From a virus (taxonomy: Duplodnaviria > Caudoviricetes), in IMG/VR virus record IMGVR_UViG_3300048837_002337, positions 1 to 57,622 of that record: a DNA stretch of 57,622 nucleotides; one strand, written 5' to 3'. Below the pieces are notes generated by a model. It saw nothing but the letters and a program-made list of their open reading frames with translations, searched no databases and was not told where the DNA came from. Below, one piece after another: positions 8,557 through 17,405 of the stretch. A program made the position numbers and the translations under genes. Each line of letters begins with the position of its first letter. The stretch's first letter is position 1.

Positions 8557-9188
8557 TGCGCGCCGACCCGAAATGCAGCGGTGTCGGGATCGGGATCGAG
8601 AACGTCGGCGGGGTGACGCGCCAGTATCAGGCGATCCTCTGCTCCGAGTGCGGACGCATAGAGAAGATCCACGGAACCGGCGGCTACTACCCGGAACACA
8701 CGCTGATGAAGATGGGACATCAGAAGGGCTGGTCCATGCACAAGCGGGGCAAGCATCGCTGCCCGGACTGCGTCGAGAAGCAGAAGCAAAAGACGGAGAA
8801 AGCCGTGACCGACATCAGGATTGTCAAGCCGTCGCCGTCGGAATGCCCGCCGCGCGAGATGCAGCCGCAAGACCGGCGGCGCATCTTCAAGGCCATCGAC
8901 GAGGTCTATGACACCGCGAACGGCCGCTATCTGCGGGGCTATGGCGACGCCTCGATCGCCAAGGATCTCGCCTGCCCGCGCAAGTGGGTCGAGATCGTCC
9001 GCGATGAGGCGTTCGGGCCTGCCGGCGAAGATCCGGAACTGGCCATGATCCGCACCGAGATCGGCCGCGTCGAGGCCGACGTCAAGCGCGCAGCCAATGA
9101 CTGCGTCGAGATCATGGCGACCGCCGAAACGAAGCTGAAGGCCCTGAGCGAGCGGTTGAGCGCTCTCGAAAAGGTCGCGCGCCGCTAG
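8553..9188 (+). CDS. Zn-finger and coiled-coil hypothetical protein
   Basis: CSECG...HRCPDC and a C-terminal coiled coil. Confidence 0.8.
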   Translation: MMRADPKCSGVGIGIENVGGVTRQYQAILCSECGRIEKIHGTGGYYPEHTLMKMGHQKGWSMHKRGKHRCPDCVEKQKQKTEKAVTDIRIVKPSPSECPPREMQPQDRRRIFKAIDEVYDTANGRYLRGYGDASIAKDLACPRKWVEIVRDEAFGPAGEDPELAMIRTEIGRVEADVKRAANDCVEIMATAETKLKALSERLSALEKVARR

Positions 9189-9209
9189 AGGGCGCGGAAG
9201 GAGGGACAG

Positions 9210-9488
9210 ATGGGACGCTATGCGACGAAGGATGAGGCTCTGGACGCGCTCGAAGCGGCGCGGGTCGAGTTCCTGGCCGCCGCCCGAACCTACATCGACC
9301 AGCACGACATCGGCGCCGAACTCACGATCGACGACGTCCGGACTGCGGTTCCGGTGCCGGAGGGCATCGACGGCCGCGTCATGGGCGCAGTCTTCCGCAA
9401 GAGCGACTGGGCGCCGGTCCGGTTCGTGAATTCCCGGCGCACCACCTGCCACAAGCGCCCGATCCGGGTGTTCCGGCGGGTCGCCTGA
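9210..9488 (+). CDS. Hypothetical protein, 92 aa
   Basis: GGAGGG RBS; DGRVMGAVF motif. Confidence 0.75.
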   Translation: MGRYATKDEALDALEAARVEFLAAARTYIDQHDIGAELTIDDVRTAVPVPEGIDGRVMGAVFRKSDWAPVRFVNSRRTTCHKRPIRVFRRVA

Positions 9489-9532
9489 GAAGACGCGGCC
9501 GCGGCGCGCAGCGGCGATCAGAGGAGACGGAG

Positions 9533-9865
9533 ATGCAGCATCCAGGCAATTCCCATTTCCTGATGGCGCTGGGCCGGCACGATGCCGGCGGCGTCGTCGA
9601 CACGGCCGACGAGGCTCTGCGCGAGGTCATCCGCGCTGTCCTCAACACCGGCAAGTCGGGCAACGTGACGATCAAGATGGTCGTCGCGAAGAACGGCGAC
9701 AAGGGCCTTGAAGTGTCCTGCGAGGTGGCCGCCAAGGCGCCGCGTCTGGCCTTCGGCAAGGCCTTCTACTTCACCAACGGCAATGACGACCTGGTCCGCG
9801 ACGCGCCCAGACTGAACCTGGAACCGACCGGACCCGCCGTCTTCAAGGGAGGTCGCGATGACTGA
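9533..9865 (+). CDS. Conserved phage protein (usual partner of DUF2303)
   Basis: AVLNTGKSGNVTIK...FYFTNGNDDLVRD; GAGGAG RBS. Confidence 0.8.
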   Translation: MQHPGNSHFLMALGRHDAGGVVDTADEALREVIRAVLNTGKSGNVTIKMVVAKNGDKGLEVSCEVAAKAPRLAFGKAFYFTNGNDDLVRDAPRLNLEPTGPAVFKGGRDD

Positions 9866-10730
9866 CGACATCACCGGAAACTTCGTCGACTCCATCATCG
9901 CGAACGCCGCGGCGCGGCTGGTGCGCAACGGCATGGAAGATGGCGGCGGGGCGTATGTCGTCGCTCCTGACGACTGGCGGGCGCACTCGCTCGAAGAGTT
10001 TCAGGACCGGCCCAACCGGGTCACGGCGACACAAACCTTCAAGGATGTGGCCTCGCTGGTGGCCTACCTGAAGCGCTACGGCGTCCCGCGCAGCCTGCTT
10101 GTGAAGAGCAGCCAGAAGGCCGCGGCCATCACGGCCACGCTCGACTATCACGACCCGGCCTTCAAGTGCATCGAGATCGAGGAGGCCGTCACGCTCGGCG
10201 AAGGCCTCGCCGCCGCTCCTAATGCCCTGGGTGCGCCGTCGTGGTGCTCCCACACGGCCACCTTCAAGGCCGCCTTCCATCCCAAGTACGAGGAGTGGCG
10301 CAACACCAACCGCAAGTACCTGTCGCAGATCGACACGGGCGAATTCCTCGAAGACCGCGCCGAGGACATCGTCGAGCCGGCGGGCGCCGACGTCATGGAC
10401 ATGGTGATGAAGTTCGAGGCGCTGAAGAAGGTCAACTTCGCCTCGTCCAGCCGCCTGCGCGACGGCAACATCCAGTTGCTCTATCAGGAAGAGAACGACA
10501 GCGCCCGCGGCGCGCTCACCATCCCCGAGAAGATCACGCTCCTGCTGCCGGTCTACGAGGGCATGGAGCCGGAGCGCATCACCGTGCGCCTGCGCTTCCG
10601 CATCATAGAGGCGCGGCTGAAGTTCATGTTCGTCATCGCCAACATCGAGGACTTGGAGCGCAAGGCCTTCCAGCGCTGCGAGGACGCCTTCCGCATGGGC
10701 ATGCCGGACGTCGACCTCCTGAAGGTCTGA
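9858..10730 (+). CDS. DUF2303 / YfdQ family protein
   Basis: TLDYH...F-LEDRAEDI...PVYEG...RLRFR pattern. Confidence 0.85.
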   Translation: MTDDITGNFVDSIIANAAARLVRNGMEDGGGAYVVAPDDWRAHSLEEFQDRPNRVTATQTFKDVASLVAYLKRYGVPRSLLVKSSQKAAAITATLDYHDPAFKCIEIEEAVTLGEGLAAAPNALGAPSWCSHTATFKAAFHPKYEEWRNTNRKYLSQIDTGEFLEDRAEDIVEPAGADVMDMVMKFEALKKVNFASSSRLRDGNIQLLYQEENDSARGALTIPEKITLLLPVYEGMEPERITVRLRFRIIEARLKFMFVIANIEDLERKAFQRCEDAFRMGMPDVDLLKV

Positions 10731-10744
10731 GCGGACACGAAAAC

Positions 10745-10767
10745 GGGGCCCGGGCCAACCGGGCCCC
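10745..10767. terminator. GC-rich hairpin (possible terminator or RNA stability element)
   Basis: GGGGCCCGG-GCCAA-CCGGGCCCC; short T run only on the minus strand. Confidence 0.45.
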
Positions 10768-10784
10768 CTACCAAGGGGCAGGAC

Positions 10785-11183
10785 ATGCAGAAGATCAGGG
10801 CTGCGGACGTCATTCCGACCGAACACGAGGAACAGGTGACGCTGGTCAACTGGTTCCGCTGGAAGTTCCCGGGCGTACTCATCCACGCGATTCCGAACGG
10901 CGCGCACCTCGCCGGCTCCACCCGCCTGCGCCAGGCGAAGGTGGTGCGGATGAAGCAGGAGGGGCTGGTTCCGGGCGTGCCGGATCTTCACGTCCCGGCC
11001 TGGGATCTCTGGATCGAGATGAAGCGCCGCAAGGGCGGGCGCCTGTCCGAGGATCAGCGCGAGCAGATCGCCTACCTGCAAAGCATCGGTGACACGGTCC
11101 TGATTGCCGAGGGCGTCGACGATGCCGTCGACCAGATCACCGCCCTGCGCGCCCGCCAGCGGGCCGAGGAGGCGCGGTCATGA
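10785..11183 (+). CDS. VRR-NUC domain nuclease
   Basis: EHEEQ...HAIPNG...GVPDL...WIEMK...SEDQ motif. Confidence 0.9.
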   Translation: MQKIRAADVIPTEHEEQVTLVNWFRWKFPGVLIHAIPNGAHLAGSTRLRQAKVVRMKQEGLVPGVPDLHVPAWDLWIEMKRRKGGRLSEDQREQIAYLQSIGDTVLIAEGVDDAVDQITALRARQRAEEARS

Positions 11184-11377
11184 GCTTCGACAGCCCCGAC
11201 CCGCATTTCGAGCGCAAGCTGGCCACGATCCGCGACAGCGAGGAACTGCGCTGGTTCAATCACTACCTGACCGAGTTCCGCAAGGCCGACGGCACCGGCG
11301 TCAGCGCCGACGAGATGAAGGCTGTCCTTCAGCGCGGCGCGCTCCTGCGCCGGAGCGAGGGGAGGGCGGCGGCATGA
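11180..11377 (+). CDS. Hypothetical protein, 65 aa
   Basis: ATGA-coupled; GGAGG RBS. Confidence 0.65.
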   Translation: MSFDSPDPHFERKLATIRDSEELRWFNHYLTEFRKADGTGVSADEMKAVLQRGALLRRSEGRAAA

Positions 11378-11634
11378 TCGGTCACAGGATGGGCGGAAAG
11401 TGCGCGATGCCGGGGTGCGATCAGCCGATCGCCCGCAACAACATCTCGACCGTCTGCCAGGATCACCAGCACACCGAATACTGCCGCTGCCGTGCCTGCG
11501 ACGGGCGCCCGAAACAGCCCTCCGCCAAGCCCGGCTGCAAGATCGTCCACATTCCCTACGCGACATCGAACAGCGGCGTGAACCTCGCCGCCCCCGTCAC
11601 CCTGCGCGCTGCACCCTGGGAGGAGAAGAGATGA
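11374..11634 (+). CDS. Cys/His-rich hypothetical protein, 86 aa
   Basis: CAMPGC...CQDH...CRCRAC; ATGA-coupled. Confidence 0.65.
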   Translation: MIGHRMGGKCAMPGCDQPIARNNISTVCQDHQHTEYCRCRACDGRPKQPSAKPGCKIVHIPYATSNSGVNLAAPVTLRAAPWEEKR

Positions 11635-11786
11635 TGGAGAAGGCCGAGATCATCACCGTCGAGGTGTCGCCCTACATCCTCGCGCAAGGCGAGCGCGCAC
11701 CCTGCGACCGGCCCGGCTATGCCGCGGTGAAGGACGGCGCGCAGGTCCATGTCGGCCGCCCGATCGAGCCGGTGCGGAAGGGCTGA
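11631..11786 (+). CDS. Hypothetical protein, 51 aa
   Basis: GAGGAG RBS; coupled overlap. Confidence 0.55.
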   Translation: MMEKAEIITVEVSPYILAQGERAPCDRPGYAAVKDGAQVHVGRPIEPVRKG

Positions 11787-11788
11787 CC

Positions 11789-12469
11789 ATGGCTGCGCCG
11801 TCCGCGAAAAACCTCTTCAAGGCCACGCGGCGCAAGGCCGATCCCCATCCTGAACTGATGGAGATCGAGGAGTCGCGTCGGCCGAAGGGCGCGCGGCGCG
11901 ATCTGGATTTCTATCCGACCGGCCAGCCGGACGCGATCCGCGCCCTTCTGGCGCGAGACGGCGAGCGCATTCAGGCCTGCGGGATGGTGTGGGAGCCGGC
12001 CGTCGGCGCCGGCGATCTGGCAAAGCCGATGATCGACGCCGGCCTGACGGTCGTCGGGTCGGATGTCGTGGATCGCGGCTGGCCCGATACGGCGGTCCGT
12101 TCCTTCTATGAATTCGAACGGGCAGAGGCCCCGGCGATCATCACCAATCCGCCCTACAGCGAGATCAACGCCCGCGACGGGCACGGCCGCTGGCTCAGGC
12201 ACACGCTCGCGCTGCCGGAGTGGGACTACTGCGCGCTTCTCCTGTCGTGGGACTGGCCCGCCGCCAAGCAGAACGGCCTGGGCGCGCTCCTCGACGAGAA
12301 CCCGTTTTCATACTGCTACCTGATGCGCTGGAAGCTGGACTTCACCGGCGAGGGAAGCCCGCCGCAGCGCAATGCCTGGTTCGTCTGGGATCGCCGCTGG
12401 ACGGGCAGGGAGCCGGCGTTCCGCTTCCTCGACCGCGTGGACGACCGGCAAGGGGAGATACCCCTGTGA
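11789..12469 (+). CDS. Orphan N6-adenine DNA methyltransferase
   Basis: DFYPT, WEPAVGAG (SAM binding) and ITNPPY (catalytic) motifs. Confidence 0.9.
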   Translation: MAAPSAKNLFKATRRKADPHPELMEIEESRRPKGARRDLDFYPTGQPDAIRALLARDGERIQACGMVWEPAVGAGDLAKPMIDAGLTVVGSDVVDRGWPDTAVRSFYEFERAEAPAIITNPPYSEINARDGHGRWLRHTLALPEWDYCALLLSWDWPAAKQNGLGALLDENPFSYCYLMRWKLDFTGEGSPPQRNAWFVWDRRWTGREPAFRFLDRVDDRQGEIPL

Positions 12470-12711
12470 TCCACACCCAGCGCCTGCACCTGCTGCCCCC
12501 GTGTCCCGCCACCGGCGTGATCCACCCGGCGGCGCTGCGCCTGTCACCGGAGCAGGCGGCCATCCTCGACCTCTGCGACCGCATCGAGGCCCTGACAGCC
12601 CGCGTCGCCACCCTCGAAGCCCTTCAGAACGGAGACGAACCATGTGGTTCTACGAATACCGCAACCTCGGGCGCTGGGCCCCTGCCGTTGTTCCGGAGCG
12701 TCCGGAGGTGA
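12466..12711 (+). CDS. Hypothetical protein, 81 aa
   Basis: GTGA overlap, GGGGAG RBS, short coiled coil. Confidence 0.55.
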   Translation: MIHTQRLHLLPPCPATGVIHPAALRLSPEQAAILDLCDRIEALTARVATLEALQNGDEPCGSTNTATSGAGPLPLFRSVRR

Positions 12712-12878
12712 CGCGGATCGCCGGCAAGATGCGCCTGAAGTGCGCGGTCGGCGTCGGCCAGGAGGTCCGCGCAACCCCCTGCAAGGTGCATCCGGCCCAT
12801 CACGTCCTGACCCTGGGCGCGCTCGCCGATCTCTACGGCGAGGACGGGCGCTTCCGCGCGACGACGAGGGAAGCGTGA
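12642..12878 (+). CDS. Hypothetical protein, 78 aa (MWFYEYRNLG...)
   Basis: GGAG RBS; coupled to the next gene. Confidence 0.55.
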   Translation: MWFYEYRNLGRWAPAVVPERPEVTRIAGKMRLKCAVGVGQEVRATPCKVHPAHHVLTLGALADLYGEDGRFRATTREA

Positions 12879-13681
12879 TGTCGATCTATCACTTCGCCCA
12901 TGTCTGGCAGAACTCGGACGCGAAGGGCAGCACCTTGTTGGTCCTTCTGGCGCTGGCTGAGGCGGCCGATGCCGAGGGCTTGGTACGGGCGAGCCGCCAG
13001 AGCATTGCCGACCGGGCGCGCGTGACGACCTCGACGGCCTATGCCGCCATGGCGGCGCTTTTCAAATCTGGCGAATTGATGCGCTACGATGCGGAGGCGC
13101 CGGATTCCGCGCTTTGCATCGTGGTGTGCAGCCGCGGCCGTGACAAAACAGAGGCGTGCGACATTCCGAATTCCGGAATCCGGAAATTCGAGGCCGACGA
13201 TGCGGGCTGCGATGTTTCCGATTTTCGGAATCTCGAAGAACGCGGCACGGCACCGCGCCAAACTGAGGAAAAAAATCACCCCTTCGACGCGGTGATGGAT
13301 GACGACGCCGAGTTCGACGATGGCGACCTCCTCGAAGACGTCATCAAGGCCGCTGCGCGGATGGGCCCGCCCGATGTCATTCATGAACCCCTCGTCGAGG
13401 CGGTCCAGATCGCGCCGCCGCCGCCGCCCCGTCGCATGATCCCCAAGCATCTGCCGCCGGGCGATCTCGGCCTGGTCCTGGCCGCACTCGGGGTCGAGGA
13501 GGACATGCGCGGCCCGCTCTTCTGGTACAGGCGCGAGCACCGCGCCGACCTCGACGCCGTCCTGGCCGGCCTCGGGCGCATCGGTGCGGCCGATCTGGCG
13601 CGGATGATCACCGAGAAGGGCGTCAAGGCGCCCGACCTCGACCGCGTCTCGACCATCCTGAAACTGCTGAAGCGGAGATAG
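12878..13681 (+). CDS. HTH_36-type replication-initiator-like protein
   Basis: N-terminal LLVLLALAEAAD...SRQSIADRARVT winged HTH typical of lambdoid initiators. Confidence 0.7.
   Translation: MSIYHFAHVWQNSDAKGSTLLVLLALAEAADAEGLVRASRQSIADRARVTTSTAYAAMAALFKSGELMRYDAEAPDSALCIVVCSRGRDKTEACDIPNSGIRKFEADDAGCDVSDFRNLEERGTAPRQTEEKNHPFDAVMDDDAEFDDGDLLEDVIKAAARMGPPDVIHEPLVEAVQIAPPPPPRRMIPKHLPPGDLGLVLAALGVEEDMRGPLFWYRREHRADLDAVLAGLGRIGAADLARMITEKGVKAPDLDRVSTILKLLKRR
13163..13232. repeat. Two imperfect palindromic iteron-like repeats, 52 bp apart
   Basis: ATTCCGAATTCCGGAATC (13163-13180) and TTTCCGATTTTCGGAATC (13215-13232), both preceded by TGCGA. Confidence 0.55.
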
Positions 13682-13690
13682 GGGCGCGCC

Positions 13691-14497
13691 GTGGCCGAAT
13701 ACTTCAAGCACGAGATCGCGAAGTGGAACGTCGCCACGGACGACCTGACGCTTGAGCAGGAGGCAGCTTACCATCGCGCCATTTCGCAGATCCGCCTCTA
13801 TGAACGGCCGTTCCGCGAAAACTATCGCGTCCTGGCCGGGCTCTGGCGCTGCAATGAGCGCAAGGCGAAGCGGCTTCTTGAGGAACTTGTCGCCGCCGGA
13901 AAGCTGCACCTGGAAGGCGGCTTCATCATTGATGAAAAGGCCGTGAATGATGCGTCGACTCTCCGTCAATTGCGAATTGACCGCGCATCGGCGGGCCGTC
14001 GGGGCGGGATCGAAAGCGGAAACACGCGCCGCAAGTCATTGGAAAACAACGAAACAGGGGAAGCACTTGCTTCAACCAGAGAAGAGAAGAGAAGAGAAGA
14101 TATAAGGAGTAGTCGGAGTAGTGCGCAGGCGCGCGAGGGCGAGGACGTTCCGGATCAGCCTGCCGAAGTGATCCCGCAAGGTCAGGCCGACGAGGCTTCC
14201 ATCGAACTCTACGAGCGCGTTCTCGCCGCCGTCGGGCTTCAGTCCCGGGGACAGTTGCCGGCCTACTGGATGCCGCCTTCCGCCATCTTCCATGTCGCCC
14301 GCTGGCGCGGCCTCGGCCTCTTCGACGACGAGATCGTCGAGGTGGCGCGCCAGTCCCGCCGCAAGCATCCCGAACCGCCAGGCGGGCCCAAGGCGCTCGA
14401 CCGCGCGATGCACATCACCGCCGGCGTCAAGAACTTGCCGAAACTCGAACCAAAGCCCGCAGCAGGAGGCGGATATGAACGACCAGCGACTACCTAA
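13691..14497 (+). CDS. DUF1376 / YdaU-like replication initiator
   Basis: YFKHEIAKW...TDDLTLEQEAAY...AGRRGG; internal palindrome GAAGCACTTGCTTC (14060-14073) and a (GAAGA)n run. Confidence 0.8.
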   Translation: MAEYFKHEIAKWNVATDDLTLEQEAAYHRAISQIRLYERPFRENYRVLAGLWRCNERKAKRLLEELVAAGKLHLEGGFIIDEKAVNDASTLRQLRIDRASAGRRGGIESGNTRRKSLENNETGEALASTREEKRREDIRSSRSSAQAREGEDVPDQPAEVIPQGQADEASIELYERVLAAVGLQSRGQLPAYWMPPSAIFHVARWRGLGLFDDEIVEVARQSRRKHPEPPGGPKALDRAMHITAGVKNLPKLEPKPAAGGGYERPATT

Positions 14498-14957
14498 AAA
14501 AACGACAGCCTCAGACGCATCATTCAGGCCGCAGCGCAAGGCACGACGTGAAGCCCTCGGGGTGCGTGTCGTCGCCATGATGGGGAACTACTGGCGCAAC
14601 GACGAGACGCCGGAAGCCATCAAGGCAATCGAGGTCGAAACCTGGCTCGACGTGCTTGAGGAATTCACCGACGACGAGATCCACGCGGCCTGGACGGAGT
14701 ACCAGCGCACCGGCCCCAGAACGGCCCGCGGCGCCCTCTACAAGCCCGATCCCGGCGCCCTCTACCACATCATCCAGAACCGCCGCGCCCCGGCCCGCGA
14801 AGCCGCCTACCGCCGCATGCTGGACGAGGAACTGGCCAAGAAGGCCAGAGAGGATGCCGAGCGCAAGGCCTCGGTTCCGACGCTCGAACGCGCCAAGCAG
14901 ATCATCGCCGAGGTGTCAGCCAAGCTGACGGACAAGCCGCAGGGGGAGGAAAAGTGA
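14475..14957 (+). CDS. Helicase loader/inhibitor-like protein (lambda P / G39P position)
   Basis: W-DVL---DEI--AW...P-P pattern; AGGAGG RBS; follows the initiator. Confidence 0.65.
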   Translation: MNDQRLPKKTTASDASFRPQRKARREALGVRVVAMMGNYWRNDETPEAIKAIEVETWLDVLEEFTDDEIHAAWTEYQRTGPRTARGALYKPDPGALYHIIQNRRAPAREAAYRRMLDEELAKKAREDAERKASVPTLERAKQIIAEVSAKLTDKPQGEEK

Positions 14958-15460
14958 ACGATCGCTTCAAATTCGCCATCTTCGACAGCGCCGGCTTCTG
15001 CAAGTGGCTGAAGTCGGCCCTGCCGGGCGAGTTGCGCATCTACCACGCCGGCAATCTCGGGGTCGACCGGGTCGACGACCAGGAACTGAACGTCCTGGCC
15101 GACCTCGTCCTGCTGATGACCGAACTGGGGGCGGTCACGACGACCCAGTACCGCCAGTACCTCAACATCATCGACGTCTGGGTCTACGTCGCCGTGCGCC
15201 GCAGGGGCGGGCTCCTGCCCAAGGCCATCGTCAACCGCTCGCTCACCTCGATCGAGTACCGGGCCCTGCGCGCCATCCGTGACCGCGACGCCGACATCTC
15301 CGCGGCCCGCGCCATCCGCGACGCGCTGTCCTCGACCCTCACCTCGTCCGACGTCGAGGCGCACCGCATCCTGGAAGGTCTGAAGGCGCGCAACTTCGTC
15401 GAGGAAGCGCCCGGCAAGGGCTGGCAACTGAGCGCGCCCGGGCTGCGCGTGATGACGTGA
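14954..15460 (+). CDS. Hypothetical protein with C-terminal winged-helix-like domain; candidate late activator
   Basis: AHRILEGLKARNFVE...WQLSAPG winged-helix-like end; last intact gene before terS. Confidence 0.7.
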   Translation: MNDRFKFAIFDSAGFCKWLKSALPGELRIYHAGNLGVDRVDDQELNVLADLVLLMTELGAVTTTQYRQYLNIIDVWVYVAVRRRGGLLPKAIVNRSLTSIEYRALRAIRDRDADISAARAIRDALSSTLTSSDVEAHRILEGLKARNFVEEAPGKGWQLSAPGLRVMT

Positions 15461-15479
15461 TCTGGAAGTCAGGAAGAAT

Positions 15480-15800
15480 ATGACCAAGCCATCGCCATAT
15501 CTCCTGCCGGACGGCAACGTGCAAATCGCTTTCTCGGGCGGGCGCACCTCGGCCTACATGCTGCACCACCTTCTCGAAGCGAACGGATCTCTGCCCGACC
15601 AGGCGGCCTGGTGGGAGCGAATGGAGGCTCTGGCCTCGGACCTGTCCAACGCGAAGGGCCAAACGCCGGGGCGCGGGGCGTGGTTCTCGAAGCGGTACAC
15701 CCGGCGCGAGATGCGCGAGTTCATGGAGCGGCAAGGAGACTGGGCGCTCTCCACCGAGGGCGTCCTATGTCAAGCCGATGACGGGGAGTGCATGGCATGA
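15480..15800 (+). pseudogene. PAPS-reductase-family (PP-loop) gene remnant with in-frame internal deletion
   Basis: AFSGGRTS PP-loop joined almost directly to a WWERME...CQADDGEC C-terminus; only 106 aa. Confidence 0.65.
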
Positions 15801-16330
15801 CCCGCAAGCGTGCCAACATCATGCTGATCGGCCAACAGCCCGGCGAAGAGGGCAGGGCGCTGAAGTATCGCCCGGAATTCTGCGACGCGGTCAGGCTCAT
15901 GGCCAACGAGGGCATGTTTCCGGAAGAGTGGTGCGCGCAGATCGGCGTCACCATGTCGACGCTCTTCAACTGGGCCAACACCTATCCTGACTTCGAGCGG
16001 GCGGTGAGCGAGGCCTGGCACATCCTCAACGCGCACTGGACGAAGAAGGCGCGCGAGATCGTGTCCCGCCCGGCGCTCTGGTCGGATCTGAAGGCCACCG
16101 TCTTCCTCGAAATCCTGCGCAAGCGCTTCCCTGAAACCTGGGGGAAGAACGCCCGCAACACCCAGGAGACGTTCGAGAACCGCAGGACCGAGATGGACGA
16201 GGAGGCCGGGCGCAGCTCCTCGCCGCTCTTCGACCAGGATTCGATCCGCCGCGCTGCGACCGAGGACATCGAGCGGCGCATCGCCGAACTGGAAGCCCGC
16301 CGCGAGGCCATGAAGGACAGGAAACCATGA
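15797..16330 (+). CDS. terS: Terminase small subunit
   Basis: KYRPEFC...IGVTMSTLFNWANTYPDF HTH typical of TerS; upstream of terL. Confidence 0.8.
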   Translation: MTRKRANIMLIGQQPGEEGRALKYRPEFCDAVRLMANEGMFPEEWCAQIGVTMSTLFNWANTYPDFERAVSEAWHILNAHWTKKAREIVSRPALWSDLKATVFLEILRKRFPETWGKNARNTQETFENRRTEMDEEAGRSSSPLFDQDSIRRAATEDIERRIAELEARREAMKDRKP

Positions 16331-16632
16331 GCGAGGAGGCACGGAAAATGGGATGCGTCGTTCAAATCTGGTTGGAGCGCGAGGAGGAGGACAAGCACAA
16401 GCGCTGGCCCTTCACCATCATCGAAACCGACTTCGAGGACTTTGCGGCCTTCCTCGAAGCCGTCGACGCCGACCGCCTCATCTGCGCCTCGCGCCTCGAC
16501 ACCACCTGGGGCGAGGGCAAGGGCGAACGTGTCGTCATGCGCCGGGTGCCGATTGCCTTTCGCGGCCGGTCCATGCAGCGCGCGGAACTGCCGACATGGT
16601 CGTTCGTCGAGGTGAAGGGAACCATCGAATGA
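16327..16632 (+). CDS. Hypothetical protein, 101 aa
   Basis: ATGA-coupled. Confidence 0.7.
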   Translation: MSEEARKMGCVVQIWLEREEEDKHKRWPFTIIETDFEDFAAFLEAVDADRLICASRLDTTWGEGKGERVVMRRVPIAFRGRSMQRAELPTWSFVEVKGTIE

Positions 16633-16892
16633 GCACCAAGGACTACACCTGGAAGGAGGTTTCCATGGGTATCAACCTGAGCCGCGAGGCGGTCGAGGAG
16701 CACCTGTTCCAGCGCATCCGCGATCCCTGGTGGCGCCGCCCGCTGGTCTGGGCGCGCATCCTGAAGCCGCGCTATCGCAAGATCACCCTGGGCGAGGCGT
16801 TGGGTCTGATGATCTACGGCGACGCCGCCGAGGTGCCGGACCAGTTCCAAGGGCTGCAGCGGCCGATCCTGGGCGAGGAGGGCGAGGAATGA
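16629..16892 (+). CDS. Hypothetical protein, 87 aa
   Basis: ATGA-coupled. Confidence 0.6.
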   Translation: MSTKDYTWKEVSMGINLSREAVEEHLFQRIRDPWWRRPLVWARILKPRYRKITLGEALGLMIYGDAAEVPDQFQGLQRPILGEEGEE

Positions 16893-17080
16893 CCGTCATC
16901 GCTCTCCTCCTCGTTGCCCTCTACCTCGCCGTCGCCTACGGCTGCTGGCTGCGCATCGGCGCCGTCACCCGCGGCAAGGAGATCGAGGACAAGCCCATGG
17001 CCATCGCGCTCGCGCTCGCCTGGCCGGTCCTGCTGGGCGTCATCATCGTGCGCGGCGTCGAGGGGGGGCATGGCCGGTGA
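16889..17080 (+). CDS. Small two-TM membrane protein, 63 aa
   Basis: Two hydrophobic helices; ATGA-coupled. Confidence 0.65.
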   Translation: MTVIALLLVALYLAVAYGCWLRIGAVTRGKEIEDKPMAIALALAWPVLLGVIIVRGVEGGHGR

Positions 17081-17390
17081 TGTCGAGCGCTTCCTGGCCG
17101 CGCTGCGGTCGGCGCATCCGGATATGGAGGCGCTGTTCCTGCGCGGCCAGTGCTATGCGCTCTGGCTCATCCTGCGCACGCTCTGGCCGGAGGCGCAGCC
17201 GCTCTACTCGGCGAGCGAGGGGCATGTCTACGTCCGCATCGCCGGGGGTGTCTACGACATCCGCGGGCGCCACCTGCGACTGCCGCGCGATCTGCGCCCG
17301 CTCGGCCACCGCGATTCCGACAAGCCGCACCGCTGGGGCCGACGGGACCGCCGCCGCCTCGTCGAAATCGGTGTAAGACGGATCTCGTGA
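17070..17390 (+). CDS. Small protein with Cys-His-Asp pattern, 106 aa
   Basis: GQCY...GHVY...YDIRG; GAGGGG RBS. Confidence 0.65.
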   Translation: MAGDVERFLAALRSAHPDMEALFLRGQCYALWLILRTLWPEAQPLYSASEGHVYVRIAGGVYDIRGRHLRLPRDLRPLGHRDSDKPHRWGRRDRRRLVEIGVRRIS

Positions 17391-17405
17391 CGCGGGGCAG
17401 GGCAG

